Below, in pieces: positions 38,760 through 52,009 of a stretch of DNA of 64,000 nucleotides. Positions within the stretch are counted from its first letter, which is position 1, and every line of letters starts with the position of its first letter. The notes below the pieces were generated by a model that searched no databases, was not told where the DNA came from, and saw nothing but the letters and a program-made list of their open reading frames with translations. Source of the stretch: Macrostomum hystrix (taxonomy: Eukaryota; Animalia; Platyhelminthes). Made by a program: the position numbers and the translations under genes. The DNA lies in contig CATNEN010000001.1 in assembly GCA_950097015.1 (NCBI GenBank), positions 18,662,001-18,726,000 of the forward strand, given 5' to 3'.

Positions 38760-39622
38760 ATGGCTGCAGCATGGCCTGAAGATTTCGAGATCGATCCTGA
38801 GGTTTCAGATTTGATAGAAAATCTTTTTAATTTTGACAAAGGGGACGACGACGACGACCAGGACGTGCGCGGCGCTGCAACTGCTGGTCGCGGTCGGCGA
38901 CAACGTGGCCCAAAGGGTTCATCTACTGGGCACGGTGAGTACAGGTCATGCCCACTGTGTGGGGCGACTGACCTGCGCTCTGATAACCTGCGCACTCACC
39001 TTATCGCGGTCCATCGCGAGGCCCACCCGATTCGCCGATCTGCGATCGCAGGTCTGGCAGCGCTTGAAGCGCCCATAGCAAAAAATGCGCGCAACTCTAG
39101 ACTAGGACTTTTTATGTGCGCCGAATGCCCGCGAGTTGGGCAGCGGATGGGCCAGCACTTTAAGAAGCGACATCCGCAAAAAGATCCTAGTACTGTCCAG
39201 GGCCGCGAAGCTAACCAGCGTATGCGAAATATGCTGGTTGACTTCGTTGACTATCTGCGACAGTATATTCGCGCTGGCTCGGTGGACCAACTCCGTCACC
39301 CGAAAGACTGGCCGAAATATGCAGCGCAAACTGCACCAGCCTCCCGCCCAGTAGGCCGTCCAGTAGGCGGCTCTGAGATTGAAAGACAATTTGCCTTCTC
39401 GGAGCAGTTCTCCTCAAGCTGCCGAGTGGGCGAACGGAGTGGCTCGGCTCCGCCTACAAATCGGGTGATGCCGCAAACAGGAACTCCGAATCAGACACTT
39501 CAAATTCAGAGAACAGGTAAGATATAAAAACACATGTCATTATTATGAAGTATATTTACTATTAATATTATTATTAATATTATTGTTATTATTATCAATG
39601 TTATTATTACTATTATTATTAC

Positions 39623-39653
<31 letters not shown>

Positions 39654-41366
39654 ATGACTATTGACTATATGTACAATCTTAATTCGATTCATCTATTCGC
39701 AGGATCAGAACCACCGGTGCAGAATCCTCGTACGTTGAATGCACCGCCTCCTGTGGCGGCTCCGCGGTTGCGCCTGCCACAGGTGACGCCTGGCCTAGCG
39801 CGTGGAACAGTGCGCATGATGACGCCGGTGCTCGAGTCACCGGTCAATACGCCGCCGCCGGAAGCAGGCGCAGGTGAAGCTGCAGGCGCGGATGCAGAGT
39901 GGCCATGGCAAGCAGGCGCATGTGCAGTGCCAACGCCAGTCACATGTGCACCGCCACCAGGCGCACGAGCGACACCATCCTCTGGACAAGCCCTGCCACC
40001 AGCCGCACATGCAGTGACACCATGGCAGACAGGCGCGTGTGCAGTGCCAACGCGTCACATGTGCACCGCCCCTTCAGGCGCACGAGCGACACCATCCTCT
40101 GGACAAGCCCTGCCACCAGCCGCACATGCAGTGACACCATGGCAGACAGGCGCGTGTGCAGTGCCAACGCCAGTCACACGTGCGCTGCCACCAGGCGCAC
40201 CAGCGACACCATCCTCTGCACAAGCCCTGCCACCAGCCGCACATGCAGTGACACCATGGCAGACAGGCGCCTGTGCAGTGCCGACGCAAGCTGCGCGAGA
40301 ACCACCACCAGCTGGAAATACACGGCCTTTCTTTGAAACTTGGCCCCAGCCTGAAAATGTGTCCGAAGAAGATATGGCCAGAATTGAGGACAGCCTGCCA
40401 GAGTGGACGGGGAGGCACTTGTATAGTGACACCAGCTACGCCACTCTGTTTTTGCTTCGCAAAAGATTTCCGGGCTTCTCAATTCCGTGGTCAACCGACG
40501 TGTCCCATCCATATTGGGAGGACCCTTTTAAATATCAACATCCGCGTCGGCACCAGACTGTCCAGCAGACGGACATGCTTGAGCGGCTGCTCAATGTTGT
40601 CAAGGATCGGGCTCGCACCGGCAGGTTTGTGTCCCAGCTCGGAGGGGCTCGCGACCCTGTTGCTAGACCTGCCTTGCCGAGTGAGCCGGACGGCTCTGCG
40701 CAATTCCAGCGCCACAAGGTTCTCACCGAAAAGGTGAAGAACCTGGTCTGCCTCTGGAAGAGGCTGGCAGCAGGCCTGGGCCAGATGCCATCGCTGAAAG
40801 ACCTGACGGACGAAAGAATTCTTTCGGCCACATGCTTTTGGCGCGTAGGCCCTAAGCGCGTGGCCAATTACATAACTGCCATCAACTGGTTTGTCGGCGA
40901 ACTATGCGCCGCGATGCGGTCAGAAGAGTACGCCTACCTTGCTGGTGGCCAGATTGACATTCCGCCTGAGGCGCTAGAAGATCGCCTCAAGACACTGCTG
41001 TCGTGTCGGCGGAATGCAAATATCGCGGCCCGCGTCGACGTTCAAACCTATCAGCGCGAAGAGCGCCACGCTGGTGGCACACTCACGCTGGAGTTCAGCA
41101 TTCAGTTGATGGCTAAAGTGTGGCATTCCGATCTGATTACTCGTCTCCAAGACGAGATCTTGCAGCTGAATGAAAAATCGCCGGCATTGACACCGCAGCA
41201 GTTGAGGCGTTATTGCTCGGTGCTGATCCTGAGCCACATGCGGTACCAGCAGTTCAGGATGGACGCCTACCGCCAACTTCGGTTCTTCCACCTGGACCCA
41301 CCTCAGCTGCTAATACTGGATGACGTAATACGTAATATTATATTACGTAATAATATTAAGTCATAA
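38760..41366 (+). pseudogene. Double-C2H2-module protein with a tyrosine-recombinase-like C-terminal region (paralog 2); exons 38760-39516 and 39703-41366, 806 aa, probably 3'-truncated at ~41310
   Basis: Phase-1 intron GTAAGA...ttcgcAG joins the 255-aa and 570-aa ORFs in frame (RT-G-SEPP). CPLC..RSDNLRTH..H / CAEC..MGQH..H. KRVANYITAINWF resembles a core-binding helix; LILSHMRYQQFRMDAYRQLRFFHL resembles box I with the first catalytic Arg. Sequence turns into TAATACG repeats after DPPQLL; HxxR and Tyr motifs absent. Confidence 0.72.
39900..40285. repeat. 117-bp (39-aa) coding tandem repeat x3.3
   Basis: CCATGGCA at 39903, 40020, 40137, 40254. Confidence 0.93.
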
Positions 41367-42959
41367 TACGTAATACGTAATACAGGTAAGTCAGTTCTTT
41401 AAAATGGCATGAGCAAGTCAGAAAGAGATCAGAAATAGATTTCCTCTATCCCCGCTTCACTCGTGAAATGAATTCTGTTCCAGAATGTTCTAGAATGTTC
41501 TGCAGTTTTAGCTGTCATGTTCAGCCTAGATTCTCCCAAATGTTTCTTATCTAAAAACAAACCTCATAAGCGAACAAGATAGATCATCTTCGTTGCAACG
41601 AGCGTGTGAATTAAAAAATGACTGTCAACACAGGTGGACAGGCGGCTTATTCTGAAGTTCTGACGGGCTTTAAGTTCTCTGAGTCGTTGTTCCCTTTGAG
41701 AAAACAAACTTCAGAATTTTTAGATAAGGGTCAGCATGGCGTAACCCAGTCCATGGACTGAACACTTCTGCAGCCAGCAGCTTGATCTTCGTAAAAATAT
41801 TTTGTTTTATAAAATTAAAAAGCGAGAAAACCGAAACCGAATTGATATTTAGAACTGCAGCAGCATTACACAGTTGTAGTTAGAATTTTCATAATGTACA
41901 GCGCTAATTTCCTACGGCATTGTCAGTCTTGACGCCACTTTGGCTTAACAACAGCCAGTGAAAAAGTGTTTTTGTCCTTCAAAAAGCCAGTCACAGCAAT
42001 AGTTAGAAAATCATAAACATATTTCATATCACATACTTCTCAAACGTAGAATTTGAGAATTCACATTTATTTTGGCTTGAGCAAATCACTTTTTAAACTG
42101 CAATGCACTGCAAACCTTTGTTTTCACTTTTACTTTCACTTCTCCGTTAATCTAATGCAAGTGTGAAACTTCAAACCGATTAACATAAGTTGACACTGAA
42201 ATTAATTAGACAAGACGAAATAAATACAAACACTCATGAGATTTTTTCCTGCCATTATTTCACGAAACATAGCTGGAAAGTTTATTTTGCAAAGCTAATT
42301 ATTATTTCAAGCATTAAATTGCTAGGAATTTCAGCCATATGTCATAATTATTTGAGTTGGCATTTGTATTTAGAGTATGAAGTTTGTGTATAGGTTCTGA
42401 AATATTTATGCACTGTAGCTACAGTTTTTACAGAAGGCACATTTTTACCATTTTACCTTCAAGTCTCTTATAGCAGCTCAAGTTCTGTGTTTATCTATAT
42501 TAGCAAATTTTTAAATGTCAACTAGGGATAAAAAGAGGGCCTCAGTTTAATCAATATTCATAAAGGCATTCAGAACAAGATTAGTTTATTCACACTTAAG
42601 TCAATCATGTCTTTTTGGTTGGCACTCAACAGGCTGTTGTTGATTGTTGGCCATTCAGCTTCAACACCCGACTCAGATTCTTGGGACTCTTGTCCTGTTA
42701 GATAAGCTCTCCTTGTCCTGTTAGGTGTGAGAGGTGAGACAGTTGGTTTGCTGTTTGTATTTAGATCTATAGCTAGGCAAGAAGGGGCAGAAGGCTGATA
42801 AGAGCTTATAAAGGATTGTTAGCTATATTAGGTTAAATAGGACCACAATTGAGGTAATTATACATGGCTGGTATGAACTATGTATGGGGCTTGAGCATAA
42901 ATGTACAAGATCTGATAGCTCAAGTGTACACTCTAGTACATCAGATAACTCAGTAAAGA

Positions 42960-44250
42960 TAGCTAGCAATGCCACAATTCTAGCTAGTGTTATAAAGACC
43001 TGGGGAAAATAGTGTTCATAAATAAATAGTCACTAGCTAGAGGAATTTCATAAACAGCAGTTTCAAGGCAAACAACTGCTCATGCAGTATCAAAACCAAT
43101 AGCTCAAGGCAAACTGCTGTGCGTGCATTATCAAAACTGAGAGCTCAAGCAACCAGCAAAAAATTACACTAGGATCACTTATATTGCTTGTAGAAACAAG
43201 AAGAGAAGAGGAGAATAAAGGCAGGAGAGAAGAGGAGAGGAAAGAAGAGCAGAGGAAAGGAGGGGAGAGGGGGAGAGGAGAGGAGAAGAGGAGGGGGGAG
43301 AGGAGAAGAGGAGAGGAGAGAATTTGATAAACAGCAGTTTCAAGGCAAACTAACTGCTCACGCAGTATCAAAACCAATAGCTCAAGGCAAACTACTGTGC
43401 ATACATTATCAAAACTAAGAGCTCAAGCAACCAACAATTGTGTGTTGGGTATCTTGGGCTGGGTTGGGCTGACACTAAAAATGATTATGTACTTAAGCAC
43501 TTACCATAGCCTTTAATCATATGTGATTAGTTCTCATATGCCCTTAGCTATGCCATGAGAGTGAAGACAACGAGAAGCCACAATTCCAGCTAGTGAGCCA
43601 GTGTGATAAAGACCTGGTAAAATAAAGCTGATAAATAAATAGTCATTATAAGGAAATTTCAGAGCAAAGTTATATAACTGTACTAGACCAAATAACTCTA
43701 GTGTACACTAGGATCACTTATATTGCTTATAGAAACAAGAAAAGAAGAGGAGAATAAAGGCAGGAGAGAAGAGGAGAGGAAAGAAGAGAGGAAAGAAGAG
43801 CAGAGGAAAGGAGGGGAGAGGGGGAGAGGAGGGGGGAGAGGAGAGGAGAAGAGGAGGGGGGAGAGAAGAAGAGGAGAGGAGAGAATTTGATAAACAGCAG
43901 TTTCAAGGCAAACTACTGCTCATGCAGTCTCAAAACCAATAGCTCAAGGCAAACTACTGTGCATGCATTATCAAAACTAAGAGCTCAAGCAACCAGCAAT
44001 TGTGTTTTGGTATCTTGGGCTGGGTTTGATATAACACTAAAAATGATTATGTACTTAAGCACTTACCATAGCCTTTGATCCTATGTGATTAGTTCTCATA
44101 TGCCCTTAGCTATGCCATGAGAGTGAAGACAACCAGATGCCACAATTCCAGCTAGTGAGCCAGTGTGATAAAGACCTGGTAAAATAAAGTTGATAAATAA
44201 ATAGTCATTATAAGGAAATTTCAGAGCAAAGTTATATAACTCTAGTGTAC
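42960..44250. repeat. Complex local duplications (~540-600 bp) containing GA-rich tracts
   Basis: TAAACAGCAGTTTCAAGGCAAAC at ~43050, ~43328, ~43892; GA tracts 43195-43320 and 43735-43885. Confidence 0.85.
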
Positions 44251-45447
44251 ATTGGGATCAATTGTTATTGCTTTGCAGGAGCTAACCAACAATTTTGGGT
44301 TGGGTACCTAGCAAACACTTTACAACAAATGATTAGCCAAGCTTTACCAGTTCTCAGATGCCAGCCTGAAGATAGCAAGCAAAGCCACCATTCCAGCTTG
44401 TGTGATAATCCATGAGCAATGAGCTGCAGCTCAGGAGCATTGAGCTAAAAGCTAGGTTTCTCTAGCTAGCGAAACCAAGCTATACACTTTTAACATCCTT
44501 TTAACTACCTTAAATCCATTTGAACATTTTAAACACCCTTTGTTACACTTATTTTACTCTTATTCACTTCTACTTTTTGCTTTACTTTACTTTTACATAT
44601 TTACTTTTAAATTTTCAGATAATTCAATTGGTATTAATTCAATTATAATTCAATTCAAAGAATATCTTAATTGCAACCATGGAAAAACAGCCACAGCAGC
44701 AGCAGCAGCAGCCTCCCATAGCTCCCAGCAGCCCCTGGGCGCTGCAGCCCATCGTGGTGGCCGGATTCCGTTCCGAAGTTCCGAAAGTACAGTGGTGGAA
44801 GTGTAAGGGAGGGGCCGGGGCGGCCACCAATTTCTCGCCGCCGAAGGCGCCCCGGTGCCCTCCCTCGGCGAAGAAATGAAAAGGTTTGTCTGAGCTGCCT
44901 ATATGTGATACCTTTAGTCCTTAATTCTTAATCCTTTATCGTTAATTCCTTAAATAAGTGCTAAGCGTACAATTATACCCGGTTTCAGGAGTAAGTTTTC
45001 ATTGACTCTGGTAAAACAATACTTACTTTTAGCCATTACAGCAACATTTAGCAAAATGCGATTGTCACACCACAATGCTAATGCAATAGTACAACGTAGC
45101 AAAATGTACTCACATTCAATGATTGTAGCCTCAATTTGCTTTCTCATCCGTCAAAATCGAAAACTCCCCTTTAGAATCTAAATTCCCCAAAGAGAGACAA
45201 TTACACAAAGAGAAACTTGGGCTCCTAAATCAATTTTATACAGCCACACCAATCGCTATTAGTAGACGTACCTCTAATCCACATACGGCTAGGGCGATGC
45301 GAAGCGATTGATCCACTCGTGACTTGCCTTCCTGGCCCTCTTCCTCGCTGTCGGTGAAGGACAAATCGACGTTGCAGATGGGTTCAACATCAGGGACGGC
45401 GCGGTTTTTAGTCTAGGAAGTTGTTGTGCAAAATTATAATTTATCAA

Positions 45448-46205
45448 ACCTCTCACTCTACCTGTCACTCCACCTCTCACTCTACCTCTCACTCTTCCTC
45501 TCACTGCACCTCTCACTCTTCCTCTCACTCACTCTTTCTCTCACTCTACTTCTCACTCCACCTCTGACTCTTCCTCTCACTCCACCTTTCACTCTACTTC
45601 TCACTCCACCTTTCACTCTACCTGTCACTCCACCTTTTACTCTTCCTCCCACTCCACCTCTCACTCTACCTCTCACTCTTCCTCTCACTCTACTTCTCAC
45701 TCTTTCTTTCACTCTACTTTTCACTCCACCTCTGACTCTTCCTCTCACTACACCTTTCACTCTACTTCTCACTCCACTTTCACTCTACCTGTCACTCCAC
45801 CTTTCACTCTTCCTCCACCTCTCATTCTCCCACTCCACCTCTCACTCTACCTCTCACTCTTCCTCTCACTCTTCCTCTCACTCTACTTCTCACTCTTTCT
45901 CTCACTCCACTTTTCACTCCACCTCTGACTCTTCCTCTCACTCCACCTTTCACTCTACCTGTCACTCCACCTTTCACTCTTTCTCTCACTCCACCTTTCA
46001 CTCTACCTGTCACTCCACCTTTCACTCTTCCTCTCACTCCACCTTTTACTCTCTCTCACTCCACCTTTCACTCTACCTGTCACTCCACCTTTCACTCGTC
46101 CTCTCACTCCACCTTTTACTCTTTCTCTCACTCCACCTTTCACTCTACCTGTCACTCCACCTTTCACTCTTCCTCTCACTCTTTCGCTCACTCCACCTCT
46201 CACCC
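45448..46205. repeat. Degenerate 12-bp CT-rich minisatellite (CTCACTCYWCCT)
   Basis: Read directly; explains the L/S/T/H-rich and RVRG ORFs. Confidence 0.95.
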
Positions 46206-47626
46206 TACTTAAGTTAACCATAATAGACACAGACTGTTAGAAGAATAAAGCAGGTGTAAAAATAGCTGAGTTGCTGCTTCTGATGTCTCACCTCACTGAG
46301 GGCGATCGATGCGCGCTTCAAACGAATTTTTAAACTGGGCCTGAATGTGCCCGCACCTTCGCAGTCGGATATTAGCCACTGATCACTGTTATCCATCGAA
46401 AGGTAATTGCTTCTGTGATGACAATGAATCGCAAAAGAATTTCAGGTGCGCTGACAATGAATGTCAATGTAAATACTTCAGAGCTTAAAAACTCGCAATT
46501 TAACGGCTGCCTAACGGGGTTATAAGCAACCCCACCGCCGCCAATCCAACTGGCCTGCTGTCCAGGAATGTGTACTGGACTTCGAGTGTCATGTTCAAGT
46601 TTTCAACCTAGATTCTCCCAAATGTGTTTTCAAATGTTTATTTAAAAACAAAACTCATCAAGCAGCTCACTTATAACTAATATTTTATACTTACCTACCT
46701 CTAACTTTCACTCTACCTTTCACTCTTCCTCTCACTCTTTCTCCCACTCCACCTCTCACTCCACCTGCGCTGACAATGAATGTAATAGATTCTAGCCTAG
46801 ATTTTCCCAAAAGTGTTTTTAAATGTTTATATAAAAACAAAACTCATCAAGCAGCTCAATCATAAATTATATTTTATATTTAAAAAATATTGACAATAAC
46901 TTGTTTTTCGTTTAAAAATGTACTTTTTTCGGAAGCTAGGCCTTTTGACATTGATAGCTTCCAGACTTTTTTCAATTCCTTCTCGTCGTGGCTCGGAGGC
47001 ATGACTGCAATTTAGGGAATTAAATAGTAGTCAGCTTCCTTTCTTGGTTTGATCGTCAGGGTCTTTTGTTAACCGAGAAGGAGGCCCTTCCCTGCCGCAG
47101 CAGCAAGCATATAGCCTATGCTCTTGAGAACATTTCGGAATTATGAAGTGGTGTTGATTACCCGAGACTAGTTTTTTTATAATTTCCTTTGCTTATTATG
47201 GCCAAGTGATATCACTTGTTTATTTAATTATGCTTGCTGCTGAAGAACCAAGTCGAAGCCACTATCGCATGTAAAATATTGGTTTAAAAAGAATGTCGAA
47301 AAGAACAGTGCAGGTACTTGCTACGGTGCTAGGTGCTAGGTGCTAGGTGTGCGGGCATGTGGAAAGTAATTTATTGTTTTTTCTGTCTATTTTTCAGATG
47401 TAATGATGCGGAAGTTTATCATGACACAATTGTATGAACAGAATAAATTGTATGTCTCATATATACAGCTTAGCCAAGACAAACGATTTGTATTTTTTTG
47501 TGCTTTTTGTACAATTTTAAAATGCGATGATGCCAAAAGAAATGGAGTATACATACACCCAGTTCTGTGAACGGGATAATTTTGTTATGTCCAGTAAAAT
47601 GTATGTCTGTAACAAATAGCAAAAAT

Positions 47627-47696
47627 CCTGACTAGCTGAGTTGGCAAATAACAGTTACAGGCCTGTAACTGTTATTTGCCAACTCAACTAGTCAGG
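47627..47696. repeat. 70-bp spacer-less palindrome with one mismatch
   Basis: CCTGACTAGCTGAGTTGGCAAATAACAGTTACAGG|CCTGTAACTGTTATTTGCCAACTCAACTAGTCAGG, centre 47661/47662. Confidence 0.97.
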
Positions 47697-48151
47697 GGAC
47701 ACTTATCTTATCTGCTTCGAATTTCCATAGAATAGTGGATTTTAAGTTGCTACCTTGCCCCACCCCAGAGGCAAGTCGACAAGTCAAAGTCAAGGGTAAA
47801 CAAAGTAACCTATTTCTTATTGCACGCCAGACCAAACGCCCTTCAGCTTATCTTCGTCTGTTGTGGTCCCTGGTCGGCTCGTCTGAGTTGCAAGCGAATT
47901 TGGGAAGCAGAAAATCGGCGGCCGTTTTGTCAACATAGGTGGGTGGATTCTGCCTAGGGCTCAAGTTCCCACACTATTTGCTCCTTATCTCTCCTCACGT
48001 CGATAAGGGCGCAAACCTTTCCTAAACAATTTGCAAAGTTTCCTGTTTGCTAAACCCAAATCCAAGTTTAAGTTGTGTAGAGTAGATAAGAAAATTTATG
48101 AACATGTGGCACTCGTAGAAGGGGATAAACAAGGCTAGCTTTCCTGTCCCG

Positions 48152-48705
48152 TTAGCGGAATGACGTAAAAAAGTCGTCATTTTGGGCCGGTCTACTAAGA
48201 GCTTTCGGAAGCAGCCAACATTTTTGCCCTGGGCGGCCAGTTGCGATTTCGGATGTTAGGCGGTAAACTCCAATCCTAAGTGCCAGAGAGTCGTAAGGAT
48301 AGTTGTAGACATTGTCGAATTCCTGGAGCACTCTGCCACTTACCATGCCGTCCGGTTTAACCTTATCAATATGAATGCATGTCGTCCCAACGAAGCAGCA
48401 ATTGTCACCCTTCTTCGTGCTGAATTCTATAGTTGTTTCTGCTGGCTGGCTGAGGTACATATTTCGTACTTGTAGTACTTGACAAACTGAATGAGCGGCG
48501 ACATGCCTGGTGACTTTGACCCTTCTCTTGATTGCTCCCAGATAGCTTTCGAATGGAAATGTACTAAAATTATTTAAGCTACCTAGCCTTCTAACAAACT
48601 GGTCGAGGTGAAGAAGTGCATGAATATTGTAGCTAATTGATTTTTGGCCAAATATCTTTGACATCTGTTCGACGAATACCTCGATGCAGCTTTTCGCTGA
48701 ATCCC
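48152..48705 (-). pseudogene. C-terminal fragment of a CACTA/EnSpm-like transposase
   Basis: FVEQMSKIFG...SYNIHALLHL...LGSLNNFSTFPFESYLGAIKRRV matches the H..LH...GPL...S.FPFE motif; N-terminus replaced by a TAGATTCTCATCC repeat (48705-48870). Confidence 0.8.
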
Positions 48706-49238
48706 ATAGATTAGATCCTAGATTCTCATTCATCGATTATCTTAAATTCTCATCCTAGATTATCATTCTAGATTATCATTCTAGATTCTCATCCTAGATT
48801 TTAATCCATCGATTATCCATCGATTATCTTAGATTCTCATCCTAGATTCTGATCCTAGATTCTCATCATCAAGAACCCTCATATATTTTGCTGTTTAAAA
48901 GTCACGTTATTCATTTTTAGTTACATTCTGTTTTGTCTGTCCACTGTCTCTTTTTCTCCATCTCCATACGCACACCTCTACCTATCTTACCTATCTACCT
49001 ATCTCTATCTACCTATCGAATCTCAATAAATCGATAATGAATAATAAATCACTAACAACGATTATCCACCAAAATTGGATTATCTAATTACAATCACTAT
49101 TATTGATAATCAATCAATATTGATAATCATCCAATGCCAGTAACCCCAACCTTTTCCTGACTTATTTATCCTCCAATTTATCCGACCTAACAGGACGTAT
49201 CCACTCGTTCTGCGTCCGACACCGACGGCTTTTTTGGA

Positions 49239-50363
49239 TGTTCGGAGGAGCCAGTTGAATCTGAAGCGCCGATTCTAAAGCTGCCCTACGTAGACGTGCC
49301 GTCTACTGTCGCAAAGCTGGTGCCACTGCCGTCTACGATTCCGAAATCTGCGTCCACAGCATCTGCAAAAGCCGCGGCAGCTAAGGCGGCAGCTGCAAAG
49401 GCAGCAGCGGAAGCAGAGGCAGTAGCGGAAGCAGAGGCAACAGCGGAAGCAGCAGAAGCAGCGGAAGCAGAGGCAGCAGCGGTGGAAGCAGAGGCAGATA
49501 CAGAAGCAGCGAAAGCAGACGATGCCGAGGTGACTTCAGCAGTTTTCCGAAACATCCCGGGCATCTCCATCACACGACTGGAGCAGCAAATACAGTCGGA
49601 GGTGGATTTCCCATTAGGAAGCAATCGCGGCCTTCTGTACGTCGCCCTGCTCGCATTGCGCGAGAGTACCCAAGCGAATAAGAAGATGGAAGCCAGACAG
49701 GAGAAACTAGCCAACGAGCTGGCCTCCGTTAAGGAGGAAGTGCAGCAACTGCGCCTGTCGATAGCGAAAGACCAGCAGCCAGTGCAACAGCTCCAGTTAT
49801 GGCCCATCGACTCTTGGGAGACGTTATGTCCACTACGCGGAGAACACGCCTGCAGAGTGGACTTACCAGTTAAAACAAGCCCTGCCCAACCTAAAAACGG
49901 CGACTGTCGCAGCCACCTTCCGCTCATGGTTAGACACCTGGTTGACTTCAGAGATGCAGATTAAGGTTAATTACAGCGGTGTAGGCCTTCGCGCAAAATG
50001 CATCCAGGACGGAGTCGTAACGCGGTTGTCCGACACGGAACTTGGGTTCAGGAGCGTCCTTTTGCGACGCTTCAGAATGCCGCCACCAGCATCTACGGCC
50101 CGACTATCACAGTGGACGCCGTCGAATGGATGACGGCCACGTTCGTCGGTAGCCGCATCGTCGACATGCTCCATCGAGCCAAGGACCGCCGAGGAGCCAG
50201 ACCGCATCGACGCCTGTCAGTTTCAGGTCCAGAGTCATCTGCCACGAGTTCGCCAGCCGTCGCCCCGCCAGCCGGCGGTAAAAGACCTGGCTCGCAGCTC
50301 AGTCATGCCTCGCAAAAAAAGGCATTCTTTGCAGCCGCATCACAGTCGAGCAGCTCCAACTGA
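49239..50363 (+). pseudogene. Transposon accessory gene: Ala/Glu-rich region, coiled coil and DUF4806/BEN-like C-terminal domain, frameshifted
   Basis: Stitching frames gives WPIDSWE..LMVRHLV/TSEMQIKVNYSG..K../FATLQNAA..IVDMLHRAKDRRGAR, a pattern seen in accessory proteins of animal CACTA-like elements. Confidence 0.55.
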
Positions 50364-50994
50364 GCTGTTGGAGTGCTCCGATGAGAAGGCTGATTGCCTG
50401 ATGAGCTACATGACTGAGGAGGACTAAGTCCCAGGTCCCTACCAGTTGCGGGACCTGGTTGATTTGTTATAAAAGATAAGTAGCGTTTGAATTTCATGTC
50501 TTTCATAGTCATATCTTATAATGGAACAAAAACACAGAAGCATCTTGTCTTTTGCATCAATTACATAATGAATAATTTTTTCCAGTTCTACCATTGTGCC
50601 GGGACGTCTACCGGTTGCGGGACCTGGTTGACTGGCCATAAAAGATAAGTAGCGTTTGAATTTCATGTCTCCAATGTTTAATCTTATGCTCGATCTTGTA
50701 TTTCAACTCATTCTGAATCTCATGTTTGATCTTATGCTTATGCTGCTCTATGCGACCGATTCGCTTTGAAATTGATAAAAAATCTGTACCTTTAGCTGCG
50801 TCAAAAGTATTCAATGAGACTAGAAGAGACATATTCGTAAACCATTTATAGCGGTGACGAATAGGAAATTTACATGAGCATGTTCAATTTTATTTATTTA
50901 AAGTGATTGCCGCTTTATATATACGGCGTGCATACAACAAAATGAAACATACGTATGAAAAGTACATGGTCAGGAGGGAGGGGGCAGCGTGGCG

Positions 50995-51097
50995 AGCGGA
51001 GCTGCTGGGGCAGGAGCGGAGCTACTGGGCAGGAGCGGAGCTACTGGGCAGGAGCGGAGCTGCTGGGCAGGAGCGGAGCTGCTGGGGCAGGAGCGGA
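50995..51097. repeat. ~20-bp GC-rich tandem repeat GCGGAGCT(G/A)CTGGGCAGGA x5
   Basis: Read directly. Confidence 0.9.
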
Positions 51098-51281
51098 ACT
51101 AATGCGAAACTAAAAATTTTAATTGTTTTCTTTGATCTCTCTCTGACTTATCATGTCATTAATGGCATTAATAAAATAATTAAAACTTTAAATAACTGAC
51201 TTCCCTGTACACCTGGGAACATTCGTAAATACAACTCAACTCGGATTCCTGCGAAATCTACTGCATCTAACTACCACACTT

Positions 51282-51639
51282 CCTCTCACCCTACTGCTCT
51301 CCCTCTCACTCTACTGATCTCCCTCTCACCCTACTGCTCTCACTCTCACCCTACTGCTCTCCCTCTCACCCTACTGCTCTCCCTCTCACCCTACTGCTCT
51401 CCCTCTCACCCTACTGCTCTCACTCTCACCCTACTGCTCTCCCTCTCACCCTACTGCTCTCCCTCTCACCCTACTGCTCTCCCTCTCACCCTACTGATCT
51501 CACTCTCACCCTACTGCTCTCCCTCTCACCCTACTGCTCTCCCTCTCACCCTACTGCTCTCCCTCTCACCCTACTGCTCTCCCTCTCACCCTACTGCTCT
51601 CCCTCTCACCCTACTGCTCTCCCTCTCACCCTACTGCTC
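51282..51639. repeat. 20-bp minisatellite CCCTCTCACCCTACTGCTCT, ~18 copies
   Basis: Read directly. Confidence 0.97.
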
Positions 51640-52009
51640 GGTGTCCCAATAGATTTGAGCACAGTTTATCGAGTGGGATTCAATTGAAAATCAATCTAGA
51701 AATGATTTCCTACACGACTGAGTTGGTTTCATGATTTCAAATGATTTCCATTTGAACTTATTAACCTGGAAAGTCAAAGCTTAAAAAATACAGCGCAGCC
51801 TACTAACAGTAGACTTTGAGGATATGCCCCGAATTTAATTTACCCTTCTCACCCACCTCCCACCGGCGGGATCCCACCGGTTTGGCTATACGCCCCGCCG
51901 GCGGGGCGCTTGGCCAAACCGTACGCCTCCCCACCGGCGCCCGGCGGGAGGGCGCATAGTGGGGCGTACAGAGGGGCGCATAGTAAATGTCCCACCGGGT
52001 TGCAACCAG

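Noticed and set aside
39654-39702. Independent start of the 570-aa ORF (MTIDYMYNL...)
   Set aside because: It lies in an AT-rich intron; splicing from 39516 to 39703 joins the two ORFs, as the unspliced paralog confirms.
45426-46230. 263-aa L/S/T/H-rich ORF and antisense RVRG ORFs
   Set aside because: Translation of a 12-bp CT-rich minisatellite that lacks stop codons.
49286-49927. Antisense Ala/Ser-rich 213-aa ORF and similar antisense ORFs over GC-rich genes
   Set aside because: Shadow frames of the sense-strand coding sequence or repeats.
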